Of a stretch of DNA of 64,000 nt, positions 31,401 to 40,024 are shown in pieces; within the stretch, counting starts at the first letter, position 1; every line of letters starts with the position of its first letter. Position numbers and translations under genes: made by a program. The notes under the pieces are model-generated. The model made no database searches. It was given only the letters and a program-made list of their open reading frames with translations, and was not told the DNA's origin. This DNA is from Desulfobulbus sp. (lineage in GTDB: Bacteria > Desulfobacterota > Desulfobulbia > Desulfobulbales > Desulfobulbaceae): positions 52,696 through 116,695 of the forward strand of contig WQZH01000007.1 of the NCBI GenBank assembly GCA_009780825.1. Reading direction: 5' to 3'.

Positions 31401-31628
31401 GTCTTGGACCTTGCCCGCCTCAAGCGAGTCGAGCAGGCTGACGATAGCGTAGGCGATCCGCAATCCGCTGGGGGCGGCCATCTCCTTGATGCCATGAGGG
31501 TGCATGTTGGAGATCATCAACGATCCCACCGATTGCGGCCGGGAACGCCGCTTGAGCACATCGTTGACGATACTGAGCAGCTTGTAGTCGTTGGCGTCGA
31601 AAAAGAGCCGGGAAGGCCGATTTTTCAT
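28434..31628 (-). CDS. Large uncharacterised protein: PHP-like N-terminal domain plus a multi-pass membrane region
   Basis: 1064-aa ORF with host-like codon usage. DDHVHD..TKG..SP resembles the PHP start; hydrophobic helices lie around residues 715-880. Confidence 0.7.
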   Translation of the reverse strand: MKNRPSRLFFDANDYKLLSIVNDVLKRRSRPQSVGSLMISNMHPHGIKEMAAPSGLRIAYAIVSLLDSLEAGKVQDRIIALRSLRDEVFSSATSFYSKNTARVLMQIIKELVRHEGDERRQLKLAHDFRMVYTGRPRLVRKELAKYHLLEMPEEWNQFAFDDHVHDANTKGRKSPTHLLMDAWIKGIRKLTVVYYNHVEQEVVEELLEAGAILDIHVRIGIEFSSRFRNKFVRFIWELEGFFDRRSLQHFLQEEAVKEMLDQGRQVSRYQQQYVLDVIAVFNDIHRPLLDQELEVESLPLDRDQFLRFVGTGQPSLLHLAKFIQNHYHALLDAEVRRIHQTAHQDSNAREKLLAACARKMAWLDFGRIINQYLQPARNPGLHDPTVPHDEGQPPLMHLAPHELLGRLVSMHSGSRFTLNLSNLSIHDTLELLYICQGRITHIEAFNLKDAGHGMAVLASGKGSGAADEMAETNSLGQNYQLVNFLQKALNEDNVIALKRAIRAIIWDFERLRLAVEKRCGEENAQLLSPGTLAASQAELAEMNQRRDNLLDILINIESFHNHYNKRYLGSRIGTGSTGQSQLQHGMGLVVVETLPKRALRQVMHEHRGGWRRLIPVSARMIHHHHRLGEAPASLPWYRKLGQGIQGRGHGVVPQRWSDWSLDRFEVHPGVDGNIATLGGIRNIPALDIHLGRKSGRSKRLSLRYLQSHLCNILKIAIGFVPAFLTFALTKDWWVLAYFGAFIWFGITGVRNIIQSILGGGGLKRSPLLSLNSLLSWSRISDSLLYTGFSVPLLDYLVKTLLLQRLLGVTTSTSPLLLYSVIALANGIYISTHNILRGLPPSAIIGNFFRSIVSIPLAIFFNDILGLALNWAMVPQVEEGLQKWAAVISKLASDCVAAVIEGLADRQTNVNVRLADYRDKLSQMFSTYARLDVLFPEEDVLDLLQSPKALIAAIHQEAHDLDKVFIVNALDLMYIWMYKPRARKALQQIVVTMSAEEWLIFYRSQLVLKRHREISQMFVDGMVGRNFAKALAFYLDRSDAYLRDMVAMGRFREQYRRKYGLLATA

Positions 31629-31770
31629 GGGATCACGTCTTCGTCAATGGAAAGGATGAACCACCGGGCCGGCGCCTTCGACGGTAAGCTCGTTGAGGGG
31701 CGCCGCCGACAATCTTCCCGATCGAGTTGTCCTCCAGGTTTTCCTGTACACATGGCCGCTTCCCGTACCA

Positions 31771-33879
31771 TCAGGCGGCGCCAATCCGCAGCCGGGCATC
31801 CAGGGCCAGTCCTCCGCCCTGCTCCAGGAGGCGGAACGGGTTGACATCCAACTCGACGATCTGCGGAAACTCGGCCAACAGGCGGGCAACAGCGAGGATG
31901 GATCGGGCAAAGGGGGCCGGATCGAGCGGTCGTCGTCCTCGCGCGCCGGCAAAGAGCGGAGCCGACCGCAGTCGTCCTATTTTCCCTGTTATTTCGGCGA
32001 GCGACGAGGGCGCGAGCACCCGTTGCACATCCTGAAAGACCTCGATGAAAATGCCGCCATAGCCAAACAGGACCACCGGACCGAAGGCCGGATCCCGGAG
32101 ACCGCCGATGAACAGGTCATGCCCTGCCGGAGCCATGGCCACCACCCGCACTCCATCAAACCGGGCGCCAGGACGATGGCGTTCCAGATTGTCCCGGATG
32201 CGATCAAATCCCCTGGCCGCTTCCTCGGGCGAACCGATACCGGTGAGCACCCCGCCCACCTCGGTCTTGTGCACCGCCTCCGGCGAGACCACCTTGAGCA
32301 CCACCGGCAGGCCGATGCCTTCCGCTAACTGCCCGGCTTCCTCAGCGGTCCGGGCCATTGCCGACAACGGGCTGGCGATGCCGCAGCAGGCAAGCAGCTC
32401 CAGTCCCTCCTCACCGACCACATCGCTGTGGTCGCGCAGCCAGGCCCGAATCTGTCCGGAGTCGAATGCGTCATCCTGCGGATCCGGCCGGAAAGGACCG
32501 GCAGCTTTACAGGCATGAAAGCGCATCTGCCGGTGCAGGGCGGCAATCGCGTCCTCCGGGCCGTCGAACACCGGGATCGACGACTGATCTTTCATGGCCG
32601 CCACGGTGTGATCTTCACCGTACATGACCAGGGCCATAGGCTTGCCGGCGGAACGGACCGCTCCGGCCATCGCCATGGTCGGGTCGGCGGTGAACATGTC
32701 AAAATACGCATTCTCTCTGCTCGCAGGCATCCGCGGCCGCTGGCTGGCAAAGACGGCGCCGTCGATCTGGTCGCTGGCGAGGATGTGGCTGAAAATCAGC
32801 GGATATTTGTCGACCTGATACATATCTCCCAGGTCGAGGGGATTTTGCAGGCGGATAATGCTGGCATTGGTCAGCCCGGCCAGCTCCTCGTAAAAGGTCG
32901 GCCCGGGATCGGCGCAGGTGAATCCCTGGCGCTCGCAGAGATCGGCCATGGCCACCCCCATCCCGCCGGCCGGACTCATGAGCATGAGCCGGTTGCCGCG
33001 CATGGGCGGCAGATCAAATGCCTTGGTCGTGGTGACGAAGCCGCGGAGATGATTGATACGAAGGACACCGGCCCGCTCCAAAGCGGCATCGAGGATGGCG
33101 TCATCCGTGCTGAGGGCGGCGGTATGGCTCATGGCCGCCCGGCTGCCGGCCTGGGTGGTATTGGCCTTGTAGACCAGCACCGGTTTGTCTATCCGCTCAG
33201 CCAACTCCACCACCCGCCGGCCGTTGTCGATGCTCTCCAGATACATCCCGATCACCTTGGTTTCTGGATCGGTGCCCAGATATTCGAGCAGGTCGCACTC
33301 ATCGAGGTCGAGCTTATTGCCGATGCTGGCGAATTTCGCCAGTCCCACCCGTTCGGCTTCAAGCAGGTTCCAAAGAAAAAGCCCCATGCCGCCGCTCTGG
33401 GTGATCAGGGAAAAGCCACCCCGCCGCACCGGGAAGGAAGGAACAAAGGGAAGGCAGAGGCCGCTGGCGGTATCGGCGAGGGTCAACCCGTTGGGACCGA
33501 CGAAGCGAATGCCGTGGCGGCGGGTGAGATCCAGCAGCCGGGCGGCCAGGGTCCTGCCCTCCTCGCTCGATTCATTGAAGCCGCCCGATTGGATCGCCAG
33601 TTGTTTGATACCCGCCTTCCCGCAATCCTCCACCGCATCCAGAATAAAACGGGCCGGAATAAGCAGCACCGCCACATCGGGAACAAGAGGCAACTCGGCG
33701 GCGCTCCGGTACATTCGGATACTGCCGACATTGGTTTCATCGGTCGCCGGATTGATGCCGAAGATCCGGCCACGATATCCCCAGCGCAGGCAGTTATCGA
33801 CAATGACGCGGGGCGCGTTGCGGGCTTTGGAGGAAAGGCCGTACACAGCCAGGGATGCGGGGGAAAAAAAAGTATCCAT
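31771..33879 (-). CDS. Acetate/acyl-CoA ligase (ADP-forming), CoA-binding plus ATP-grasp domains
   Basis: FFSPASLAVYG, QSGGF.E, FVGPNG, TQSGG, SIGNK.DLDE, YLES, VLKVVSP..VHKTEVGGV, ELDVNP. Confidence 0.9.
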   Translation of the reverse strand: MDTFFSPASLAVYGLSSKARNAPRVIVDNCLRWGYRGRIFGINPATDETNVGSIRMYRSAAELPLVPDVAVLLIPARFILDAVEDCGKAGIKQLAIQSGGFNESSEEGRTLAARLLDLTRRHGIRFVGPNGLTLADTASGLCLPFVPSFPVRRGGFSLITQSGGMGLFLWNLLEAERVGLAKFASIGNKLDLDECDLLEYLGTDPETKVIGMYLESIDNGRRVVELAERIDKPVLVYKANTTQAGSRAAMSHTAALSTDDAILDAALERAGVLRINHLRGFVTTTKAFDLPPMRGNRLMLMSPAGGMGVAMADLCERQGFTCADPGPTFYEELAGLTNASIIRLQNPLDLGDMYQVDKYPLIFSHILASDQIDGAVFASQRPRMPASRENAYFDMFTADPTMAMAGAVRSAGKPMALVMYGEDHTVAAMKDQSSIPVFDGPEDAIAALHRQMRFHACKAAGPFRPDPQDDAFDSGQIRAWLRDHSDVVGEEGLELLACCGIASPLSAMARTAEEAGQLAEGIGLPVVLKVVSPEAVHKTEVGGVLTGIGSPEEAARGFDRIRDNLERHRPGARFDGVRVVAMAPAGHDLFIGGLRDPAFGPVVLFGYGGIFIEVFQDVQRVLAPSSLAEITGKIGRLRSAPLFAGARGRRPLDPAPFARSILAVARLLAEFPQIVELDVNPFRLLEQGGGLALDARLRIGAA

Positions 33880-33971
33880 GCGCGTAGGTCCAAAAATGGG
33901 ACACGAAGATGGCAGGTTCTCGCACAGCCAAAGTTTTGTTGTGTCCACAGTGTGGGTAACCGAAACAACGC

Positions 33972-34838
33972 TCAGGCCAACCTCTCGCGGCTCCGGGCTG
34001 CCGCCGCCATACTGAGCGCGAACCAGCCGCAGGCCACCAGGATGATGGTGGCGCCGGTGGTGGTCCGGGCCCAGTCCTGGGCCGAGAGCAGCAGACCTGC
34101 CACCGCCGAGCTCAAACTGATCATCAGGGTCCACCAAAACATCGCTCCCGCCGATCGGGCGAAATTGCGGGCCGCCGCCGCCGGCACGATCAACAGGGCG
34201 GTGACCAGCAACACGCCGACCGCCTGGACGGCAAACATGACGATCAAGGCGAGCAGGCCGGCAAACAAGTATTGCAGCACCGCCACCCGAACCCGATGCA
34301 CCTGGGCCAAGGTCGGGTTGAAGCCAATGTAGAGCAGACGGTTGTAGTTGCACGCCTGGAAGATCATCAGCGCCGCAAACAGCCCCATGAGTGCGGCGAC
34401 CTGGCCATCGCTGATCGTGAGGATATCGCCGTAGAGAAACCGTTGCAGATCGCGGGCGAGCGACCGGTCCCTGCTGATGATGGCCAAACCGAAGGCGACC
34501 ATGGCCGAGAAAAAGACCCCGATCACCGTATCCGAAGAGAGGCTGGATGTACGCTGCATCAACATGATCGCCAGCCCCACCAGCACCCCGAAGACCGGCA
34601 TGGTCCAACCGGGATCTAGGGCAAGGAGCAACCCCAGAGCCACTCCGGCAAAGGCGGAATGGCTGATGGCATCGGCAAAAAACGACATGCGGAAATTGAT
34701 CACCTGAATGCCCATGGCAGCGGTCATCGGCGCCAGCAACAGCAGGCCGGCCAGGGCCTGTTGCATGAACCGGTCCTGAAGGCAGTCGAAGGGCAACAGG
34801 TGGGCGAGCAGGCCGTAGAGCGGCGATAAATCAGGCAT
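33972..34838 (-). CDS. Metal ABC transporter permease (ZnuB/MntB family)
   Basis: DAISHSAFAGVALG, YGDILTI, VGVLLVTALLIVPAAAAR. Confidence 0.92.
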   Translation of the reverse strand: MPDLSPLYGLLAHLLPFDCLQDRFMQQALAGLLLLAPMTAAMGIQVINFRMSFFADAISHSAFAGVALGLLLALDPGWTMPVFGVLVGLAIMLMQRTSSLSSDTVIGVFFSAMVAFGLAIISRDRSLARDLQRFLYGDILTISDGQVAALMGLFAALMIFQACNYNRLLYIGFNPTLAQVHRVRVAVLQYLFAGLLALIVMFAVQAVGVLLVTALLIVPAAAARNFARSAGAMFWWTLMISLSSAVAGLLLSAQDWARTTTGATIILVACGWFALSMAAAARSRERLA

Positions 34839-35646
34839 CGGACTGTTCCTGACAGCAGGGAGCCGAGCAGGCCGCCTGGTTACTGGGCATGGAGCGGGAA
34901 TTGACCAGGCCCATGTGCATACCGAAAATGGCGGTGAGATTTTCAGCGGTCAGGGCCTGCCGGGGAGGACCTTCGGCCGCTACCCTTCGGTTGAGGCAGA
35001 TCACGTGGGTGGCGTGGTGGGTGACGGTTGCCAAGTCGTGGCTGACCACCAACTGGGTAAATCCCCGCTTCCGGCGCAGGTCCTCAAGCAGTTCGCAGAA
35101 GATCAGTTCCCCTTGAAAATCGACTCCGGCCGAAGGCTCGTCCAAGACCAACAGGTCGGGCTCCTGTTGCAGGGCCAGGGCCAGCAACACTCGCTGCAAC
35201 TCGCCGCCGGACAGGGCGCCGACAGTTCGATCCGCAAGATGGTCCGCCTGGACCAGGGCCAGCGACTCCCTGGCCTGGCGGCGCAGGCCGGTATTGAGGC
35301 CAAACCACAACGGTCTTTTCTGGAAGCCCATGACCAGGAACTCGCTGACGGTCAGGGGCATGCCCCGGTCAAAGACCAGCCGCTGAGGCATATAGCCGAC
35401 ACGGGGCGGATGGCCCTCAGCGCCGAGGACGATGCGCCCCTGGTAGTCGATCTCGCCCAGCAGGGCCAGCAACAAAGTGGTCTTCCCTGCCCCGTTGGGA
35501 CCGATGATCGCCGTACAGCTTCCTTGAGGCGCGACGGCGCTCACCTTGTCGAGAATGGAAATGCCGCCGCGCTCGACCGTGACCTCGTCGAAGCGGACGG
35601 CTGGTTCCAGGAGCCCATTCAGGGGCAAAAGATCAACGGCGGCCAA
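34831..35646 (-). CDS. Metal ABC transporter ATP-binding protein
   Basis: GPNGAGKTT, LSGGELQR, LLVLDEP, VSHD; Cys-containing tail CSAPCC. Confidence 0.93.
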   Translation of the reverse strand: MAAVDLLPLNGLLEPAVRFDEVTVERGGISILDKVSAVAPQGSCTAIIGPNGAGKTTLLLALLGEIDYQGRIVLGAEGHPPRVGYMPQRLVFDRGMPLTVSEFLVMGFQKRPLWFGLNTGLRRQARESLALVQADHLADRTVGALSGGELQRVLLALALQQEPDLLVLDEPSAGVDFQGELIFCELLEDLRRKRGFTQLVVSHDLATVTHHATHVICLNRRVAAEGPPRQALTAENLTAIFGMHMGLVNSRSMPSNQAACSAPCCQEQSDA

Positions 35647-36586
35647 GGGTCTGTTCCAACACGGTCATATTGCGGCGCATCGCCTGTTCGTAATAGTCGA
35701 GCGGCGCCTGCTCCAGGCCGCTAGCCACCGGATCGAGACGGGCGGCGACAATACCGGCTTCCCTGGCGATGGTCGTGCCGACCGCTTCCGGATACTGCGG
35801 TTCGGTGAACAGTGCGCCTGCCTTCTGGGCCTTGATGGCTGCCACCAAGTCCAGAATTTCGGCGGCGGATGGATTCTGGCCGGGATGGGCCTGGACCACG
35901 GCCACCACCTCCAGCCCCATATCCCGCGCCAGGTAATCGAACACCCCATGCTGGGTCACTATCCGGTTGTTCGGCAGCCTCGCGCCCAAGGCGGCCATCT
36001 CGTCGGCCAGCCGGTTCAGCCGCTGCCCGTACGCCCGCGCGTTGGCAACATAGCGGTCAGCGCCGGCGGGATGTATCCCGGCCAAGCCCTTGGCGATGTT
36101 GGCAGCCAGAAGCGCCACCATGCGCGGACTGGCGAAAAGATGCGGATTCGCTCCATGCTCATGCGCAGACGGCCTATGCCCGTGACCGGCCTCATCGTGC
36201 TCCCCGCCGGAATATTGGAGGATCTGGTCGATCCCCCGGGAACTGTCGATGATCTGCAGCCGCGGGTTGGCCTTGTTGATCGGCACCCCGAGGAATTCCT
36301 CCATCCCGAGGCCATTGACGATGAGCACGTCGGCATGGGCCAGCTTGTGCATGTCCTGCGGCGTCAGGGCGTAATCGTGCGGGCAGCCCATCTCGGCCGG
36401 GATCATCAGCTCGACCTCGATGCCATCGTCCCCTTGGCTGATGTTGCGGGCGATCTGATACATCGGAAAGGTGGTGGCCAGAATCCGCATCTTTTTGTCC
36501 ATTGCCCGGGCATGCGGCTGATGCAGCAAAAGAGCGAGGCAACAGCAAAACAACGGGAACAGGAGTCGGGGGCGCAATGTCGGCAT
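35633..36586 (-). CDS. Metal ABC transporter substrate-binding protein (ZnuA/cluster A-I)
   Basis: Signal peptide, GCPHDYALTP, NGLGME, His-rich loop, NPHLF, HGVFDYLA. Confidence 0.9.
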   Translation of the reverse strand: MPTLRPRLLFPLFCCCLALLLHQPHARAMDKKMRILATTFPMYQIARNISQGDDGIEVELMIPAEMGCPHDYALTPQDMHKLAHADVLIVNGLGMEEFLGVPINKANPRLQIIDSSRGIDQILQYSGGEHDEAGHGHRPSAHEHGANPHLFASPRMVALLAANIAKGLAGIHPAGADRYVANARAYGQRLNRLADEMAALGARLPNNRIVTQHGVFDYLARDMGLEVVAVVQAHPGQNPSAAEILDLVAAIKAQKAGALFTEPQYPEAVGTTIAREAGIVAARLDPVASGLEQAPLDYYEQAMRRNMTVLEQTLGRR

Positions 36587-36624
36587 GGTCTGTTTTCTTT
36601 ACTTGATGCGCGGTTGACGCTTCA

Positions 36625-36677
36625 CGCACATATATATGGAAATGTGCGCATTATAATTTCCCGGCACCTGCCGTCAA
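36625..36677 (-). promoter_or_regulatory. Sigma70 promoter and downstream inverted repeat of the metal ABC operon
   Basis: TTGACG-N16-TATAAT (36677-36650); CGCACAT-N10-ATGTGCG at 36625-36648. Confidence 0.65.
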
Positions 36678-36835
36678 TCGATATTGCGAACCCTTTTGCA
36701 TCAGTAGCCGGAACCAGCTTGCTCGGAACGAGTGTTCGGTACCGACCACGCCTTTGCCGCGCAGGAAGGCGGCATTGGCCTGGTGCCCCGCGTCGGCAGC
36801 AATCGATGGATAGATACGCAATCAAGCCAAGATGT

Positions 36836-38104
36836 CTAACTGAAGGCGCTGAGCAGCAGGATGATGTTCAAGACGGCGACAATGACGGTCAAAAAAATCA
36901 GCAAGGCCCTGGTGCCGGGGCTGTTGGCGTAGTTGCCCATCACTTTCGGCGAAGAGGTCAAATACACCTGGACGATCATGGTGACGGGCAACTGTACGGA
37001 AAGGGCCATCTGCGAGACCAGAAGTCCCTGGAAGGGATTGCTGATGCAGCAGATGAGCATCAGGCCGACGATGAGCGACCCGGCTGTCCCCATCAGGCTG
37101 TGCTTGTCGCGGATATTGTACGGCTCGCCAGCGATGCCGGCGGTGATGATGCCGCCGGCCATGCCGGAGGTCATCGACGAGGCCACCCCGGCCAGCAGCA
37201 GAGCGACGGCGAAGATATTGCTGGCGTTGCTGCCCAGCAGAGGACGCAGCAGTTCCTGGGCCTGCTCCAGCTCAGCCACCTCCTTGCCTATGGTGAAAAA
37301 GGTGGCAGCGGCCAGGATGATCATAGCGCTGTTGATCGCCCAGCCGATCAGCATCGACAACAGGGTATCGAAAAATTCCAGATCGAGCTGTTTTTCGATG
37401 ATCTTTTTGTCTGCCAGATGCCACTGGCGGCTCTGGATGATTTCCGAATGCAGGAACAGATTGTGCGGCATCACCACTGCGCCCAACACGCTCATGATCA
37501 CCAGGATCGAGCCGGCCGGGAAGGCGGGCGTTACCCAGCCCTTGGCGCTGGCCATCCAGTCCACTGGAGCCAGGAAGAGTTCATAGAGAAAGGACAGGCC
37601 GATGAGTGACACGAAGCCGATGATCCATCGCTCGATTTTGCGATAGGAATGGCTGAGCAGCATGGCCAGGACCAAGAACGTCACCAGACAGGCGCCAGGG
37701 ACGATTGGCAGGCCGAAAAGCATCTTGAGGGCGATGGCGCCGCCGAGAATTTCGGCCATACTGGTCATGCACGAGGCGGCAAAAGCGGAGTAGAGCACTG
37801 GCGTGCCGAGCCATCTCGGCAGGTGCTCGCGGGTTGATTCAGCCAGGCATTTGCCGGTGACAATGCCCAGATGGGCGGCGTTGTGCTGCAAGACGATCAG
37901 CATGAATGTCGAAAGCGTCACCATCCACAGGAGCGAGTAGCCGTATTCCGCCCCGGCGGCCAGATTGGCGGCCCAGTTGCCGGGATCGATGAATCCCACC
38001 GCCACCAGCAGGCCCGGCCCGATGTATTTGAATATCTCCAGCCCGCCGGCGTGGAGGTGACGAATGTCCTCGCATTTTTTGATGAGCAGAGCAAAAAGGC
38101 GCAT
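36836..38104 (-). CDS. mntH: Nramp-family divalent metal transporter
   Basis: GFIDPGNW (TM1), VMPHNLFLHS (TM6), SQMALSVQLP. Confidence 0.93.
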   Translation of the reverse strand: MRLFALLIKKCEDIRHLHAGGLEIFKYIGPGLLVAVGFIDPGNWAANLAAGAEYGYSLLWMVTLSTFMLIVLQHNAAHLGIVTGKCLAESTREHLPRWLGTPVLYSAFAASCMTSMAEILGGAIALKMLFGLPIVPGACLVTFLVLAMLLSHSYRKIERWIIGFVSLIGLSFLYELFLAPVDWMASAKGWVTPAFPAGSILVIMSVLGAVVMPHNLFLHSEIIQSRQWHLADKKIIEKQLDLEFFDTLLSMLIGWAINSAMIILAAATFFTIGKEVAELEQAQELLRPLLGSNASNIFAVALLLAGVASSMTSGMAGGIITAGIAGEPYNIRDKHSLMGTAGSLIVGLMLICCISNPFQGLLVSQMALSVQLPVTMIVQVYLTSSPKVMGNYANSPGTRALLIFLTVIVAVLNIILLLSAFS

Positions 38105-38222
38105 GGTTGCGGTATGTTCTGACCTGGTCAAGGCCGCCGTTGCAAGTCCTCGTTAAACAGTTTGGTTGTCTCTGCCAAGTCTGGCCGGCTCCTCCAGGGA
38201 AGGACGGAACAATCCGTTCCAG

Positions 38223-38552
38223 TTATCGACTGGAAGGCTTCTCCTCCAACCGATACCCTTGGGCGAACATGCACTGTTCAAAGATTTTCTCCTGCGCCAC
38301 CGACTGCTCCAATCCCTGCTCCTGGCCGGAAGCGTAGGCAAACGGTTCTCGATAGGTCGCCTTGGCGGCTTTCCGCCGACAGCGGGCGGCATCCTGGTCG
38401 AACGCGGTCTGGGTGACCCCGTTTCTGGCCCATTGCCGCTGCGGAGCGCATCCGCAGAGGATCGAGGGCGTCAGCAGCGCCAGCCAACCCAGAACAACGA
38501 CCGCGGCGCGTACCCTTGTCCAGATCGGGCTGTGCATCATCGTGGCATCCAT
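38223..38552 (-). CDS. Small putative lipoprotein
   Basis: Hydrophobic signal ending LCGC (lipobox-like); FDQDAARC...QCMFAQGY. Confidence 0.65.
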   Translation of the reverse strand: MDATMMHSPIWTRVRAAVVVLGWLALLTPSILCGCAPQRQWARNGVTQTAFDQDAARCRRKAAKATYREPFAYASGQEQGLEQSVAQEKIFEQCMFAQGYRLEEKPSSR

Positions 38553-38571
38553 ATTCCGTCGGCATCCTGTT

Positions 38572-39405
38572 TCATGGGGCAAAACCCTGTCCGTCGCCCG
38601 GCTCAACAGCCGGCATCCCCAGCAGGCGGCGGGCGTTGACGCTGACGATCTGCTCGAACAGGGCATCGGGCAGGCCGAGCTTGGCCAGCATCCCGAGCGT
38701 GGCGCCTTGGTCGGTCCAGGGGGAATCGGTTCCGAACAGCAGATATTCGGGCGGGTGGGCAAGCAGGATTTCCTTGATCCGCTGCTGAGCGAGAAACTCG
38801 AAGGCAAAAGAAAGTTCCATGTAGATTGGCTTGCCGGCGAGCAGATCGCGCACGTCGTCCCATTCGCCCCAGCCTCCCAAATGGGTGGCGATCAATTTGA
38901 GGCCGGGGAATTGACGGCAAACATCGACTATCCGTTGGGGGTCGGCCCTGCGGACGCTGAGGAAGGCGATATCGTAGCCGGCATGGATCACCAGAATCAT
39001 CCCCAGCTCGCTCATCCGCTCATACAGCGGGAACAGCCGCTCATCGTCGAAGAAATAGTCCTGATAATAGGAATGCATCTTGACCCCCTTGAACCCTTCG
39101 GCGTGGATCGTCTCAAGGTGGGGCAGCAGGTCGGGATCAGCGGGATGCAGCGAGGGAAAGGGCTCGATCCGGTCGGAACGGATCTCTTTGGACCATTCGA
39201 GGATCGGGCCGAACTGTTCCGGCCGGGTCGCAATGGAACAGAGCACCGACCGCTCGACGCCGTTGCGGTCCATGGACTTGAGCAGGTCCGTGATGGTGCC
39301 GTCGAGATAGGCCTTGATCCCGCCTTTCTTCTCCAAAAACGGGATGGCCTGGTGGGCGATATTGTCGGGAAAGGCGTGGGTATGGATGTCAATGACGGAG
39401 GTCAT
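38572..39405 (-). CDS. Amidohydrolase family protein (amidohydro_2)
   Basis: VIDIHTH, GVKMHSYYQ, HAGYD, ATHLGG, LFGTDSPW; AAGGAG RBS. Confidence 0.9.
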   Translation of the reverse strand: MTSVIDIHTHAFPDNIAHQAIPFLEKKGGIKAYLDGTITDLLKSMDRNGVERSVLCSIATRPEQFGPILEWSKEIRSDRIEPFPSLHPADPDLLPHLETIHAEGFKGVKMHSYYQDYFFDDERLFPLYERMSELGMILVIHAGYDIAFLSVRRADPQRIVDVCRQFPGLKLIATHLGGWGEWDDVRDLLAGKPIYMELSFAFEFLAQQRIKEILLAHPPEYLLFGTDSPWTDQGATLGMLAKLGLPDALFEQIVSVNARRLLGMPAVEPGDGQGFAP

Positions 39406-39446
39406 GGCAACTCCTTGCGGGAAAAACAACGACCGGTCGGCCGCGG

Positions 39447-39905
39447 TCACAGCATCTTGATCAGCCAGTGGCCGAGATGCAGCACCAGCAGGGCATAGAG
39501 CCCGGCAGCGACATCGTCGAGCATGATGCCCAGACCGCCGTGCAGATGGCGGTCGATCCAGCCCACGGGAAACGGTTTGAGTATATCAAAGAAACGGAAA
39601 AGGAGGAAACCGGCCAGCAGGGCGGCAGGGTGCGCGGGCGCGAAACTGAGGGCAATCAGTTGGCCGACGATCTCGTCGATGACCACGATGGAGGGATCAG
39701 GCCGGTCGAGGATCTTCTCCGCCGCCCCGGCCCCAAAGACGCCGAGGGCGAAGAGAACCGCCACCACAGCGAGATAGGGGGCCGCTTCCAACCGGGAGAG
39801 CGGCAGCCAGAGCAGGACCCCGACCGCCGAACCCCATGTGCCCGGAGCCTTGGGCAAATACCCGCTGCCGGCTCCGGTGGCGATGAACATCAGTACACGG
39901 TCCAT
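39447..39905 (-). CDS. pgpA: Phosphatidylglycerophosphatase A
   Basis: PKAPGTWGS, VVIDEIVG, FRFFDILKPFP, GIMLDD..AG. Confidence 0.95.
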   Translation of the reverse strand: MDRVLMFIATGAGSGYLPKAPGTWGSAVGVLLWLPLSRLEAAPYLAVVAVLFALGVFGAGAAEKILDRPDPSIVVIDEIVGQLIALSFAPAHPAALLAGFLLFRFFDILKPFPVGWIDRHLHGGLGIMLDDVAAGLYALLVLHLGHWLIKML

Positions 39906-40024
39906 GGATCGACAGCCCCGGCGTTATGCGGCATCAAGGTTTCTTGCCCCTGGCGGCAAAAGGAACAGCATCGCCTTGTCCCATCCGTTGTCTTGGCCCA
40001 CAGTACCCTTTCCTTGACAGGTTT

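Noticed and set aside
31771-34608. 945-aa ORF suggesting an N-terminally extended acyl-CoA ligase
   Set aside because: The first 240 or so codons overlap the ABC permease in another frame; family similarity begins at MDTFF (33879).
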